Shown here: one piece after another, positions 40,853 through 52,872 of the stretch
Numbering within the stretch: the stretch's first letter is position 1
Layout of the letters: each line of letters begins with the position of its first letter
DNA from: Pecten maximus
Taxonomy: Eukaryota
Direction: 5' to 3'
DNA length: 64,000 nucleotides
Assembly (NCBI RefSeq): GCF_902652985.1
Contig: NC_047028.1
Location: forward strand, 27,032,001-27,096,000
Notes under the pieces: generated by a model
Database searches by the model: none
Seen by the model: only the letters and a program-made list of their open reading frames with translations
Told to the model about the DNA's origin: nothing
Translations under genes and position numbers: made by a program

Positions 40853-41393
40853 TGGTTTGGTTTGGTTTGGTTTATTTTGTTTAACGTCCTATTAACAGCT
40901 AAGGTCATTTAAGGGCGGCCTCCCGTGCGTGCGACATGCATGCGTGTGGTGAGTGCGTATGTGTGTTTTGGGAGGCTGCGGTATGTTCGTGTTAAGTCTC
41001 CTTGTGATAGGCCGGAACTTTTGTCGATTTATAGTGCTACATCACTGAAGCATACTGCCGAAGACACCCAGCAGCACACCCCACCCGGTCACATTATACT
41101 GACAACGGGCGAACCAGTCGTTCCACTCCAAATATGCTGAGCGCTAAGCAGGAGTAGCAACTACCATTTTTAAAGACTCTGTTATGTCTCGGCCAGGGGA
41201 CAGAACGCAAAGCCTTCCTCACAGGGGCGAACGCTCAACTAAAGGCCAAAAGTGAGGCATTGTCAAGGGAGACATTAGGAAGAAGAAAGTTGTTCAGAAA
41301 GAAGAGAAAACATAAGATCCCAAGTTTAGTCGCCTCTTACGATCATGCAATGGGGGCAGCAGGTACAATTCTTACGCCCTACCTGCAGGGCAG
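40853..41393 (-). mobile_element. Full-length Meta-SINE with a structured 5' leader, 13-bp TSD
   Basis: TSD AAATTTGTAGACT at 40840-40852 and 41394-41406; removing the element rejoins the LINE EN sequence GHAKFVDSNG. Confidence 0.92.
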
Positions 41394-41527
41394 AAATTTG
41401 TAGACTCCAACGGTACTATTCCGCCAATTCAAGTTTCCAAGGTTATGGAGGAGTTGCAATCCTTTATAATCATCATATGGATTTCGGAATCAAGAAGCTA
41501 CTAGACGGAGGGAATAGAGTCTGTGAT

Positions 41528-41733
41528 TGACCCTGCGTGGCTCAACGTATTCCGGAAGATGGACACTATCCAGATTGACATTCCCCAGGAGGAATTACTG
41601 AACTTGGAGGCAGATGTAAGACGACGGTGGAATTCGGCAGGGATGACATGCCCGGTCGCGGGATTCAGTACGCCGGTATTCTGCAATTACTCTCAGCTTC
41701 GTAACCACTGGGCGCGGGTCCATTGCCCCGGAT
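41528..41733 (+). pseudogene. Captured fragment of the LTR zinc-finger ORF inside the LINE endonuclease
   Basis: Gap-free alignment with 44497-44702. Confidence 0.85.
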
Positions 41734-44208
41734 GCACCCAGCCACCCATCTGTATCGTGTCTACATACCTCCCATCCCGAGGTAAATCTACAAAAGACGA
41801 TATTGAGAACACATTGACCAAACTAGCTGAGATCATCACTCAATATGAACCTACACATTCTATCTTTGTATGCGGGGACTTCAATGCATCACTACTTGGT
41901 CGTGCAAATAATGACAGAGATAGTGCTCTCGTGGCATTCTGCCAGGAGAACCACCTCACTTTCAGACAGTCTGGTCGAATTACATTCTTCTATGTCAACA
42001 ATATAGACACAGCAGAGATTGACTACATACTTACAAACTTTAAAGCCATCGATATCAGCGCTCCCACACCGGTATCTGATGTTAATCATCTCAACTTCTC
42101 TGATCCTGTCCCTATTCTCAGAACAATATACTAAAAAAGGTATTGTGCTGCTCCCTTACAGAAGAAGACCACTATGATACACCCTAAACCAAATACGGGA
42201 CAAATGTGACCGAGCCGCCTACAAATTCTATGTAACCAACAATCTCAGATGTTTTCCAGACGATGTTCACAATGATTTCCAACTTGAATGTTATATCCAC
42301 CACGTAGAAGACATCGCAACTAAAGCTACATACTACAGTATTCCAAATCACAAATCCAATGTAAAGATCAAGAAATTCTCTACCAGACTCTGGAATGCAA
42401 AAGAGGATAGAGCTGTTCCTACTCCTCTAAGAAAGAAGCCAAACGGAACTTACGGAAGATCCAAAGACAGCAGGCTGCAAAGAGACATTTTGATCTAATG
42501 ACAGTGATTAATCAAGCAAAACATAATTCTAGAAAACAAAAACTATTTTACAAACTCGTACAACGCCAACGCTCGACCTCCGCAGAACAAATATCTGAAC
42601 TAGTTACCAACGGGAGAACATATACTAGAGACGACGTCTTGGAAGGATGGAAGAAGCATTTTAGCGAACTTGCGACCCCTACCCAAAACGATAACTTCGA
42701 TCAACCACACAAAGACCGCGTTGATGAAGATATTCTATACATTGATCTACTGTGTAGAAATCAGCACCTACAACAGAACCCAATTACAGCTCAAGAAACC
42801 CAGGATGCTATCAAGAAAATTCACAAGGCAGCTGACACCATGGGTTTAACCAGTAAGTATCTAAAGCTGGCCAAGAACGTTTTCGCTCCATGCCTAGCAG
42901 ACACCTTTAGCTATGTAATGCAAACCAAAAAGATACACGAAATCCTAAAATAAGGCATACTGTCTCTAGTATTCAAGAAAGGTGACCCTCATAATCATCC
43001 AATTACGGAGGTATTACTGTCACCACTCTGATACTGAAAGCCTTTGATCACACCCTAAATATCAAACATTTTCCAATACTAGAACAGACCCAGTCAATTC
43101 TGTAATCTGGCTTCACAACATGATCATCCTGTATAAACTCAGCACTTATCGTCACCAAATGCATCAACGAGGCCAAGTCGACAAGCAAACCTCTTACCCT
43201 TGTAATCATTGACGCCCAAAAAGCCTTCGATGTAGTTGACCACACTCTACTTCTACACAAGCTACTTTATGATGGTATACAAGGCTCTGGCTGATAATCT
43301 TACATGGCCTCTACAAGAGTGTAACACCGAAGGCGAAATGGCAAGGAAGTGCCTCGAAGACATTCAAAGAACAGCAGGGAGTCCGTCAAGGGGGTTCTTT
43401 CAACATCCCACTATTAACGGTTTAATAAACCCCTCCTTCTGGACCTAGAGTGTAAATATCAAGGCGCCTCTATTGGTAACATCCAGATTCTACAAACCAC
43501 CTGTGCAAATGACCTTGCCCTACCCTCTCACTCCGATGACGAAGTACAGCTGATAAAAGATACAGTCGAATCCTATTTCAACTCTAAGAGATAGGTTATC
43601 AACCCTCTGAAAAGCAACACTATACACTACAACTCCAACAGCGTCAGCCTTTTGACCCTCGATGAACTGATCATAAAAGAGGAAGAAGAACTTACCCACC
43701 TCTGGATAGCTAGGAACGCAAAAAATACCATCAACCCAGTTGAGAAAGTCAAACTCGCCAGGAGAACTTCCTACTCCCTCACGGGAGCTGGATTACATGG
43801 GAAGACCGGAGCAACCCAGAGAGTAAAGCAACTCTATGGACTTCTTTCAGTGTACCCAGATTCACGTATGGATAAGAGGTTCTGCACATAACAATGACAC
43901 ACTCTGCTCTGGAACTTTACTGAAGGAAAGCCATAAAGCAGATCCAGCAGATCCCAGACTGAACGCGAGCTCTGGCGCTCCTGGATATTCCACCGATCTT
44001 CACTGTAATGCACAGAAACAAAATCAAACTCTTCTACAGAATCGTCTCCAAGAAAGATTCGGTTGAGTACGATATTGCCTCCAGACAGCTTTCAATGAAG
44101 GACATCATTGAGACCAGCTGGTTTTCTTACCTTCGACAACTACACCAATACTATCATTTAAGAAGCGTTTACAGAGCTTTGGAATCTCCACCTCAAAAAC
44201 CATGCTGG

Positions 44209-46041
44209 TGTATAGCAGGATTGGGTTTGTTTGGATTTTTACCTCCGTGATCGTCTGTCGGCTAGGCGGCCATGTTGATGAGTAGTAGGTAGCGCAACCT
44301 AGCGTTGGTGACGTAGGGTTTTCCCCTAGTTATATTTAGTAACGGGGTATGTGTAACCGGTTCGAGTATTTGGTTACGCGTGTAGCACGGGCAAATACAG
44401 GCTAGGGGAGGAGCTACTGGGACGTATATATTTCGTTTCGCTGGGTTTTCGCCAGTTCTGGCTAAAGTTTTGACCAAGGAACTGGTCAGGTACTGAGACC
44501 CTGCGTGGCGCAACGTATTTCGGAAGATGGACACTATCCAAATAGGCATTCCCTGGGAGGAATTACTGAACCTGGAGGCAGATGTGAGGTCACAGTGGAA
44601 TCCGGCAGGAATCGCATGCCCGGTCGCAGGAGGCAGAACGCAGGTATTTTGCAATTTCTCCCAGCTTCGTAACCACTGGGCACGGGTCCATTGCACCGGA
44701 TGGAAAATTTGTAGGTGTACGGAATGCTCCCTAACTTACCGAAGGGTCAACCAGCTGAGGAGGTATCTCCGGATGTGTCATCAATATCATAATTAATAAT
44801 GGTTTATAAATTGTGCATGTGTGTATCGGTTAAATCCCGATTTCATCACTGAGGGAAATATGAAGCTGCCCCATCGGGTTTCCTCCACGGAGTGCGGGGA
44901 TAGCGCATCACAAGTGACGCAGAATGGATACTCCAGACATTTGTGTATAATTTACTAGTGAACTCTAGTTTTAACAAATTTATGGATTAAACTGTGAAAT
45001 TTCGTTTAAATTCTATTTCAAATATCACTTCGATATTAATCATTATGTACTGGTGAGTGGTGTGAATGGAATTGAGTACTTGATTTAAAATGAATATTTC
45101 TATTTATCTGAATCGAATACTAGCTATCTAAAGGGTATGGGTAGTATCTACTTGTTGCACTGCTTAAATTGCTCGACATTTGGTTATCTTCTGTTCCAGA
45201 AACGGAACTGGGTACTATGGGTTGTAGTATGTCATTATATGGGGACTCTATATTATTCATTGTGAATCTATATAAGGAGTCTGGGTAGAATGAGCGTATC
45301 TCTTCTATGGCATCAGCAACCTTATCAGCAGTTTGGTGAACCCAGAGGTTGACTACGGTTCCCTGCCGTAGTAAGTAGTTTTGTTAATTCACGTCTAGTT
45401 TGGCACTAGCAGGTTTGGCCTATATGTGTATCTAGCTTGGTGGAGTTCTGCAGTATTTAGTTTATTATTTAGTTCTGTTGCGGTGGTGGCTATCCCTGAT
45501 AATCCTACGGAATTAAATGAAACGTCGGTTGTTTACTCTATTTTTACCTAGGGGGGAAGGAAGCTGTTGGTTGTTTTATGTTTGGGTATCATCGGTATCT
45601 GTTGATTCCCGGCTGAAGTTTAGATGGGAACTGACCGAGAATCACCAGATACCGGCATTTAATGTACCATTCTAATTATATATAAATCACCGTCGTCTTT
45701 ACTATAGTATATAATATGTGTCCGTCGTCTATCCCAGTTATGTCCCTTTGTCCGTCGTCTCTGTTGGGGAAACACATGTAGCCCTAGACGGGGGTTCTTG
45801 TTCCGTTTATAAGAGAGCGCGGTACGCGAGTTACTTGTAATTGTATTGTTGGTCTTGGATTGTTTTGTGTTCTGTTGAAATTCCTGTCGTGTAAATAAAT
45901 ATCTTAGTTGAATCTATCTACTTGATTATTGTCTTTTGCCATGTCATGCTGGAGATACATAGATATATAGAATTGTATAGCACACATGGAATCCAGTCGT
46001 AGGACACGAGAAAAACTATCTACTATACGAGAACTGTTACA
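44209..46041 (+). mobile_element. Solo LTR (Gypsy-like, 1833 bp), TGTA...TACA, 4-bp TSD CTGG
   Basis: TSD at 44205-44208 and 46042-46045; LINE protein similarity stops at ...PPQKPCW and resumes after the element; TATAAG 45808, AATAAA 45894. Confidence 0.8.
44527..44796 (+). CDS. Tandem C2H2 zinc-finger mini-ORF inside the LTR (probably decayed)
   Basis: CPVAG(G)RTQVFCNFSQLRNHWARVH and CTECSLTYRRVNQLRR(Y)LRMCH. Confidence 0.6.
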   Translation: MDTIQIGIPWEELLNLEADVRSQWNPAGIACPVAGGRTQVFCNFSQLRNHWARVHCTGWKICRCTECSLTYRRVNQLRRYLRMCHQYHN

Positions 46042-47769
46042 CTGGAAAGAAGAATTATCTTCGCCGTCGATGAAAAAGTAAAAGCGGAATTGAAAATGGA
46101 CGTCGAAGAGAAATCTTCCCTCAACTACATAAACCCAACTTTTCTGAAAGTAAACGTAGTCCACCAGTGTTACAATTTATCAGATAGACGTCCAGCGAGC
46201 AGAAAACAGAGCCAGATTTCTCACAGGTACATCTTCAACCAATTTGTGAGGACTTTTAAGCGTGTGACTCCACGATGTTGTACGCTTTATCCACTCACCT
46301 TTATTTATATCGCCGTGGATAGGATCACCATTTCATCTACTGGTCATTCATACCCTGTCTGCAATGCTCTACTGACGACGACCATCTGTCAGAAATTGTC
46401 CATCCGTCGTCCAGAGCTACGTTATCGCAGCTACGTGTGTTCAGCCTCGATCTCACCGACAAATAATAAAGAGTGCGGTGTCTCGACAAGCCAACAACAA
46501 CAACAACAACTATGGCAAACCTCAAAAGCCACCTGCCACCAGCAGTGTAACACCAGACTTTTTTTTTAAGTGAAGGGGGGTATTAGAAACGAATAACAAG
46601 CATGATGTCACATATTGCACTTCATTTCAAGGGCAGTCCAGAATTATACAGCTTTTCATCTCGTAACCCGACATTTTGGAAGATCAGAAATGCGTTTGGA
46701 TATAGTTGAGTCCGTAAATCCGTTATTCATATCCATTAAACCTGTATCAAATAAACGGCAAACTTCTATAAGAACTCAATGAGGTTGTTGTACCAATGTT
46801 CACTGAAAGATTCGAAACATACACGTGTCAACTCCATATAAAAAAGGGAGAAAATACAAACGCCTTGACCTACAACACGGTTTTTGTTAATCCTAACCTT
46901 GTGAAATTCAACTCATTTCGTTTATTTAAGACCTCGCACAAAATAACAACAACAAGAAATATCTTTAAAAAAGATAAACGGCATAGTTTTAATACTGGTG
47001 GCTATATTGTAAAGCTGCTGGTGAAATAAATTAACGAACTAATGCATTTCAGCCTAGATAACAAAATTTTATCAGTTTGAATCATTTGAATCAGGAATTT
47101 AAATTTATTAATGCGTCATTTGAAAAGATACATCCATTTTTTAATATTCAACTTATATTCAATCTGAACTTTGTTTCGTTTTTAACTGCATATCTTCATT
47201 TTGCATTTACCGCTGCATTGACCAATCACATACTCCACCTTGACCAGTAATGCCACCTGTCGTGTCATATCCGGGACTAAAAGAATATTATACGGCTATG
47301 CCGAAAAATAGACACATGTCCTTTAGCCAAAGCTTTTGACGAAGTCCAACATAAACATTTACAATGCAAACCAATGCATATATATATTAAAGCATCACAG
47401 CTAATACAATCGCATGGATCACCGCCTTCTTAACACAACGCACCAAACAGATACGTTGTCATTCAAGGCAAAAGCTCAAACAAAATATCTAACATCTGGA
47501 ATGCCTCAAGGAACCTGTCTTGGGCCAACCCTCTTTGTCGCAGGCTATTCGCCGGTGCAGAAGTCTTCTATAAAGCAAAAAAAAATGGCCATTTGAAAAT
47601 TTCGTCAAACACCAAAGAACACGCATGCATACAAAGCCATTGTCAGACCAAACTAAGAACATTACTGAACAGCTTGGGACCATATCAGACCAATAATATA
47701 AAACAATTAGGAAAAGTGCAGCGAAAAACAGCAAGACACATTAACAACAAATATCGCAACAAAACAAAT

Positions 47770-48720
47770 TTCATTTTCACAAACTGTGCCCCTCTGTTGA
47801 CCATCTTGTTTTTGTTTTGATATTTTGTTTCAATACCAGGCGGATTACATATTGAATATGCTTATCAGACCACGTAACAGAGGCCTTCAAATGTCCTTCA
47901 TTTTCACCTTTAAGTGTATTGAATATGTTTTATCTTTAAACAACAAAAACATTATTGACCATGTTGATCGGGTATTGATATACCTTGTAGAACTTGAAAT
48001 CAAAAATACCATAAGTTCTTCAACATCAACCGCTTCCCTCGATCTTAACGTACAAGGAAATCAGCAAGGACCGCAATTACAACAAATTTGTATGACAAGC
48101 GTGATGCCTTCAATTTCCTATATTAAACTTTCCATTTCCATGTAGTAACAACCCTGCATCCCTGCGTATGGTGTTTACGTGTCCCAGTTAATTCGATATA
48201 CATGGTCTTGTTCCCATTTTCACGATTTTTGTGATAAATGTCGACTTCTGACGTAAAATAAAACCTGAGAACGTTATATTGTCGACGGCATTGTCTCATT
48301 TGTAAATATCATATTTTCTTGTGAGATATGACGTCAGATGTGTCCAATGCATGATATAGTATGTCAAAGTCTTTTGTCATCACTACCCTAGTTCTTATTT
48401 TGAGAAAGTGGCATCCCGAATTTGACCTACTTGTGCGGTATGACGTCAGATGTGTCCAATGTATGATATATTATGTCCAAGTCTTTTGTCATCACTACCC
48501 TAGTTCTTATTTTGAGAAAGTGACATCCCGGATTTGACCTACTTGTGCGATATGACGTCAGATGTGTCCAATGTATGATGTATCATGTCCAAGTCTTTTG
48601 TCATCACTACCCTAGTTCTTATTTTGAGAAAGTGACTTCCTGGATTTTACCTAGATGCGAAGGGCGGGTGACGTCGTTGAAGCATAAGACGCTTAATCTT
48701 CTGGAACACATGGTCTTGAC
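47770..48720 (+). mobile_element. Penelope-like (Naiad-type) RT remnant with 3' tail; tail fragments also at ~5618-5665 and ~21549-21602 (-)
   Basis: TNCAPLL, VLSLNN, IY.VELEIK, LYDKRDAFNFPILNFPF, PAYGVYVSQLIRY. Confidence 0.75.
48325..48655. repeat. 112-bp tandem triplication within the Penelope-like remnant
   Basis: Units start at 48325, 48437 and 48549. Confidence 0.92.
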
Positions 48721-49988
48721 CTCCTTGTGCATTTTATGGCGGACACTTCATACAATGGATTATGTGGATCATACACTAGAATATGTCGGGTTATCTTTCT
48801 TTCTTTTTTTTCTTTTTTTTTTCGTTTTCTAATAAAAAGAACTGCAATATGTGTTTATATACAATTCTATGTATATCGATCCGTGAGCAGTCACCCGAGT
48901 TATTATGCAAATCAGCTTGTACATTTCACCGACCGTGTGTATCTTCTTACATACAGTGGCATCGTATTCATAAAACATTTAACATTCGACAAGACCCGGA
49001 CAATATTGTTCCGATATATTTTGTTCTGCATTGTATTGATGTTATTCGTGTTGTGTATATACCGAGTGTACAAATGTACCTGTTTAAAATCCAAAAAAAG
49101 CTGTTCAGTGGAGCGTGACGCTCACTTTTTCCTTTGTTGGGCTCCATAGTAACGGGTAAACAAATATACTCACCTGAGTGTGGTAAGCCATAATGACGGG
49201 GTATTTTTAAATATTATCTGTAAGGCTAAATATTTGTTTAATATATGCAGTTTTCAATTTAATGCTCCACTGCAGGTTTGTCAAGTAACCCAATTTAGAC
49301 TAAAACTGTTCATATCGCCTACTGCAATGTAGATATAATTTTTCATTGTGGACATGTCTAGTATATGTGTCCAACGGACAAAGAGAACTATTCAAAAGGC
49401 GTATATTCGCAGAGAAAATAAAAATATTGACTTATCCATTTTTTTCCTTTTTTTGTGTAGTTCGTCCGTTTGTACACTTTGAAGATAAAGTTTGATATTT
49501 TCTGATGGTTAAATGATCTGAAATACATTTATCTTTGCATGGAGTATATTATATATATATTATAAAGGCACATCTCTCAGACCGATGCCAGTAGGAATCG
49601 TATGCAGGCATCTAAGGTCATTAGCACCGCCGTATATATCATTGGTGGGCGCCCGTGCGCTGGTTTTCCCCAGTATTCTCAACCAGCGTTCTACATATGG
49701 CCCGGTACCACTAACACATATAGTATTGACGGGTAGATTCACCCGTACGGCTTATAGTTTAAAGGGTACTCATTGTATAGGACTGTTACCAACGTAAACA
49801 TGAATTGACATGGTCTACTATAGAGAAAGCGATCCATGCCGAGGCTCTTGTGTGTATAGAGTTAAGCCGAGTACTGGCGTAGGGAGTAGTGGTGTGTATA
49901 TGGACAACTATATATCGTGAATTATCTTCAACAGAAAACATGTGATTAACTTGGAATATATCTTTGGATGTTTTATCTGTGATAAACA

Positions 49989-50071
49989 ATGGATGACACG
50001 CTAAGTGTTGGGGATATCGTTTGCCTATACTCCTCGGAGAGTTACGGCTTCTTACTGACCACTCAGTCAAG
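49989..50071 (+). CDS. Probable first coding exon of an inositol 1,4,5-trisphosphate receptor-like gene
   Basis: MDDTLSVGDIVCLYSSESYGFLLTTQS resembles the IP3R N-terminus (L.IGDI..LY....GF); ATG in strong context (ACAATGG); strong donor AG|GTAAGG. Confidence 0.65.
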
Positions 50072-51403
50072 GTAAGGTCTAGTTACGTAACCGGTCAAAT
50101 TGACCATTACTCTAGTGCCAGTTAGTGAGTTACAGTACACATGGAGTATACCATATACTCACGTGCGCTTAGAGTCCGCTAAACAGAATGTCATTGAAAC
50201 AAAATATATATTTTAATTCCTAATTGCAATTATCAGTAATCAGTAATCACAGTATGACATCAATGTAAGCCTTAAAAGGCTCGTGTGATGTATTATCGCC
50301 ATGTCATTACAGAATGAGTTCTAATATTCATTTTTGTGATAAGTGGTCACTGTATGACATATATTGAAATTATAGTTTTCCAGAAATGGACGATGTGTCG
50401 ATGTCACAGTCAGAAACAAAAATACATGTATATTCATTGATACACGCATAAAAAGCTTATTTAACGGAACAAAACTGAACATTTTATACGTGCACCATTA
50501 TGATTTAGGCACGATACGTCTTTGGCAGACACATAACAAGCATATCATCGATGACTACCTTTTGTCTATGGAATGAGCATTTATACATTCATATTTGTGT
50601 TTGTGATATACCTCGCTAGTTTATTTATTTACAGTTATGTCTGAGCGTTATTAAACAGCCTGGTCAACTCACAGTACATTTAAACACGTTTCTATTATAC
50701 ATTACATAGCCAATGGGTCGCCTTAGGTTAGAACACATCCCCGTATAATATCCGCGTTGGCTATATTCATTGTTAAATACTCGTGAGAGACAGAGCTACA
50801 TTAAAAGGTTTTGTTGAAAATATACAGAAAGAAAAGACACTTATTGATTCCGGTACAGGACTATATCGGGAGTGCGTGGCACGCTAAGTAATGGATTCCA
50901 GTGTTAGTAATTTACTATGAACCAAAAACTACATTTTCCGGTGATTGCTCGTTTTTAAATCTCCAAATAAGGTCGATTTCACAGCTAAGTATAACTATGT
51001 GATGTTTAAGTTGATATTGATATATGCGAGTGTACGTTAAAGTTAGCGATGCATAAAGACATTTAAATCATCTTGTTAAAACATGATATATTAACAGGTA
51101 TTAATTATATAAAATTAATGAATCATGTTACTTCACCAGTTGCAGTATTTTAAACATAACTTGCTTAAAAATGAATATAATCGCGAATTCAGAAATACTA
51201 GCGTATCTCGTAAATGGCGCAGCATTTTCCTTGCGAAATATTATTCCTTGAAAACAGAAAAGATGTTCCTGAATCAAAACATTATTATTGTGACGATTTT
51301 CAACAATTAACAATGATTTGTAATTCTGACAATATATTATAATAAGAATATTTTTACAATCTCGTAAAACAATCGCATTGTTCTGTGTATTACCGGCTGC
51401 TAT

Positions 51404-51822
51404 TTGCAAGCACAGGGGCCTGGCACGATTTTCCAAATGAAAGTCAATACATATATATGTGTATTAATAGTGACTATAATACATTTCTCTCGGTACAACT
51501 ACGACAGAAAATTCAAATCTATATCTTCGGATCACCAACACATAGTGTATATGATACTTCGTGCTAATAAATAGATATATAACTTAGCAACACAAATGGC
51601 GAAGGAAGACAACCTTTTAGACTCGTGCCCTGACCGGGCCTCGAACTCACGATCTACGGCACCCAATCGCCTAGCCAGAAATACCCGCAGCCTATACCGC
51701 TGCGCCACACCGGCGTTCTTAAAAAAGAACTTTTCAATGGCGCAGTGATGGTCGGCCCGATACCCTGACATATATATATGGAATATCGTTTGAAAAATCG
51801 TGCCAAGCCCCTGTCTTTGCAA
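51404..51822. mobile_element. Composite element: ~35-bp inverted ends plus (TA)n runs enclosing a tRNA-like module (51622-51714, -)
   Basis: TTGCAAGCACAGGGGCCTGGCACGATTTT / AAAATCGTGCCAAGCCCCTGTCTTTGCAA; A box TGGCGCAGCGG and B box GTTCGAGGCC on the minus strand. Confidence 0.7.
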
Positions 51823-52724
51823 GGCATGACCGTAAGCATATTACCTAGAATTACGTAGGGTACAGTTGTCTTTGGATAAAGTGTTTTCTATGGTCCATAA
51901 ATCTTCCTACAAGTTAAATATTAACTTGTAATTTATTTATTTTTTTTACACTTTTTTTACCAGTTAAATTGTTTTGAATATATTTGCCATTTCATAAATA
52001 ACGACTCATTTGTGAGAATAAAGATATACCTGGTACCCCAGCACTGATAAGGTGTTTAATATTGATTCGTTTTAAGATATTTGTTCGATACAGGCATTTA
52101 ACGGGACGGTCATAGCCGCGGTCCCTCCATTCTTTGTTGACCTAGAGTGATAACCTATCGGAGTTATGAAGGACATGACAACTACTAGATCATCATAATA
52201 CTGGCAATAAGTCGCACAGACATCATGTTAAAGATAATCTCGTGTTATATATATGCTACCTTATATTTAATTCAGAGTTAACTCCCTTTCAGTCTTTATT
52301 TTATTAAAGTTTCACAATATTTCAGTGTAACACGCGATTTATAAACAGAAATATGTTTACGTTTCAATATTTAGACACATATTTTCTAGGTTTCTAATGC
52401 GAAACTATTTTATAAAAATAGAAGATTGCTGTGTATATGATATAGCTTAACCTAGCATACACCCTTAATGTGTCTGCGGAGTTTCATGTGGTCGGTAGGG
52501 GCACTAGATGTGTTACAATCCCAGGGGCTGGTGGTTTTTGGTTTGACAAGTTCCCCTGGGCGAAGGATGAGTTATCAAAATTATCTTGCTGCATTTCAAT
52601 TAAAAATAAAGTGTATGTCGGACGTTGAAGGATTCGTTTTCGACAGAAGAAACAGAAGACTGCCGAGTTCTGTATAGGTTTGCACTATTGCCCTTGAGTC
52701 AAGGAAATACTATAAAGATATACC

Positions 52725-52872
52725 AGGCCTTGGTTTCATAAACGTTCATTTACTTAAAGAAAATCTTCCCATAGGAAATATATAGTATTACACAATTTAA
52801 GATTTTAGCCTTAAATCTTATAATGTTTTCCTATGGAACATTCTTAAGTCTAGGAACATTGATGAAACCGGA
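52725..52872. mobile_element. Imperfectly palindromic MITE (GGTTTCAT...ATGAAACC)
   Basis: Terminal IRs and internal CATAGGAAA/TTTCCTATG IRs. Confidence 0.55.

Larger units (their letters stand above)
37900..46600 (+). mobile_element. Long, decayed APE-RT LINE (clade uncertain) hosting four nested insertions
   Basis: EN GYGGVAIL, YLPSRG, GDFNASL, EIDYIL; RT DAQKAFDVV, GVRQG, TCAND; C-terminal KSSLNYIN; many stops and frameshifts; 5' boundary approximate. Confidence 0.8.

Noticed and set aside
41319-41393. Assignment of the SINE leader to the HDV, hammerhead, twister or pistol classes
   Set aside because: Manual folding lacks their diagnostic cores; left as an unclassified candidate
44262-44696. 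144-aa minus-strand ORF in the LTR
   Set aside because: Antisense shadow of the zinc-finger frame, with no recognisable motif
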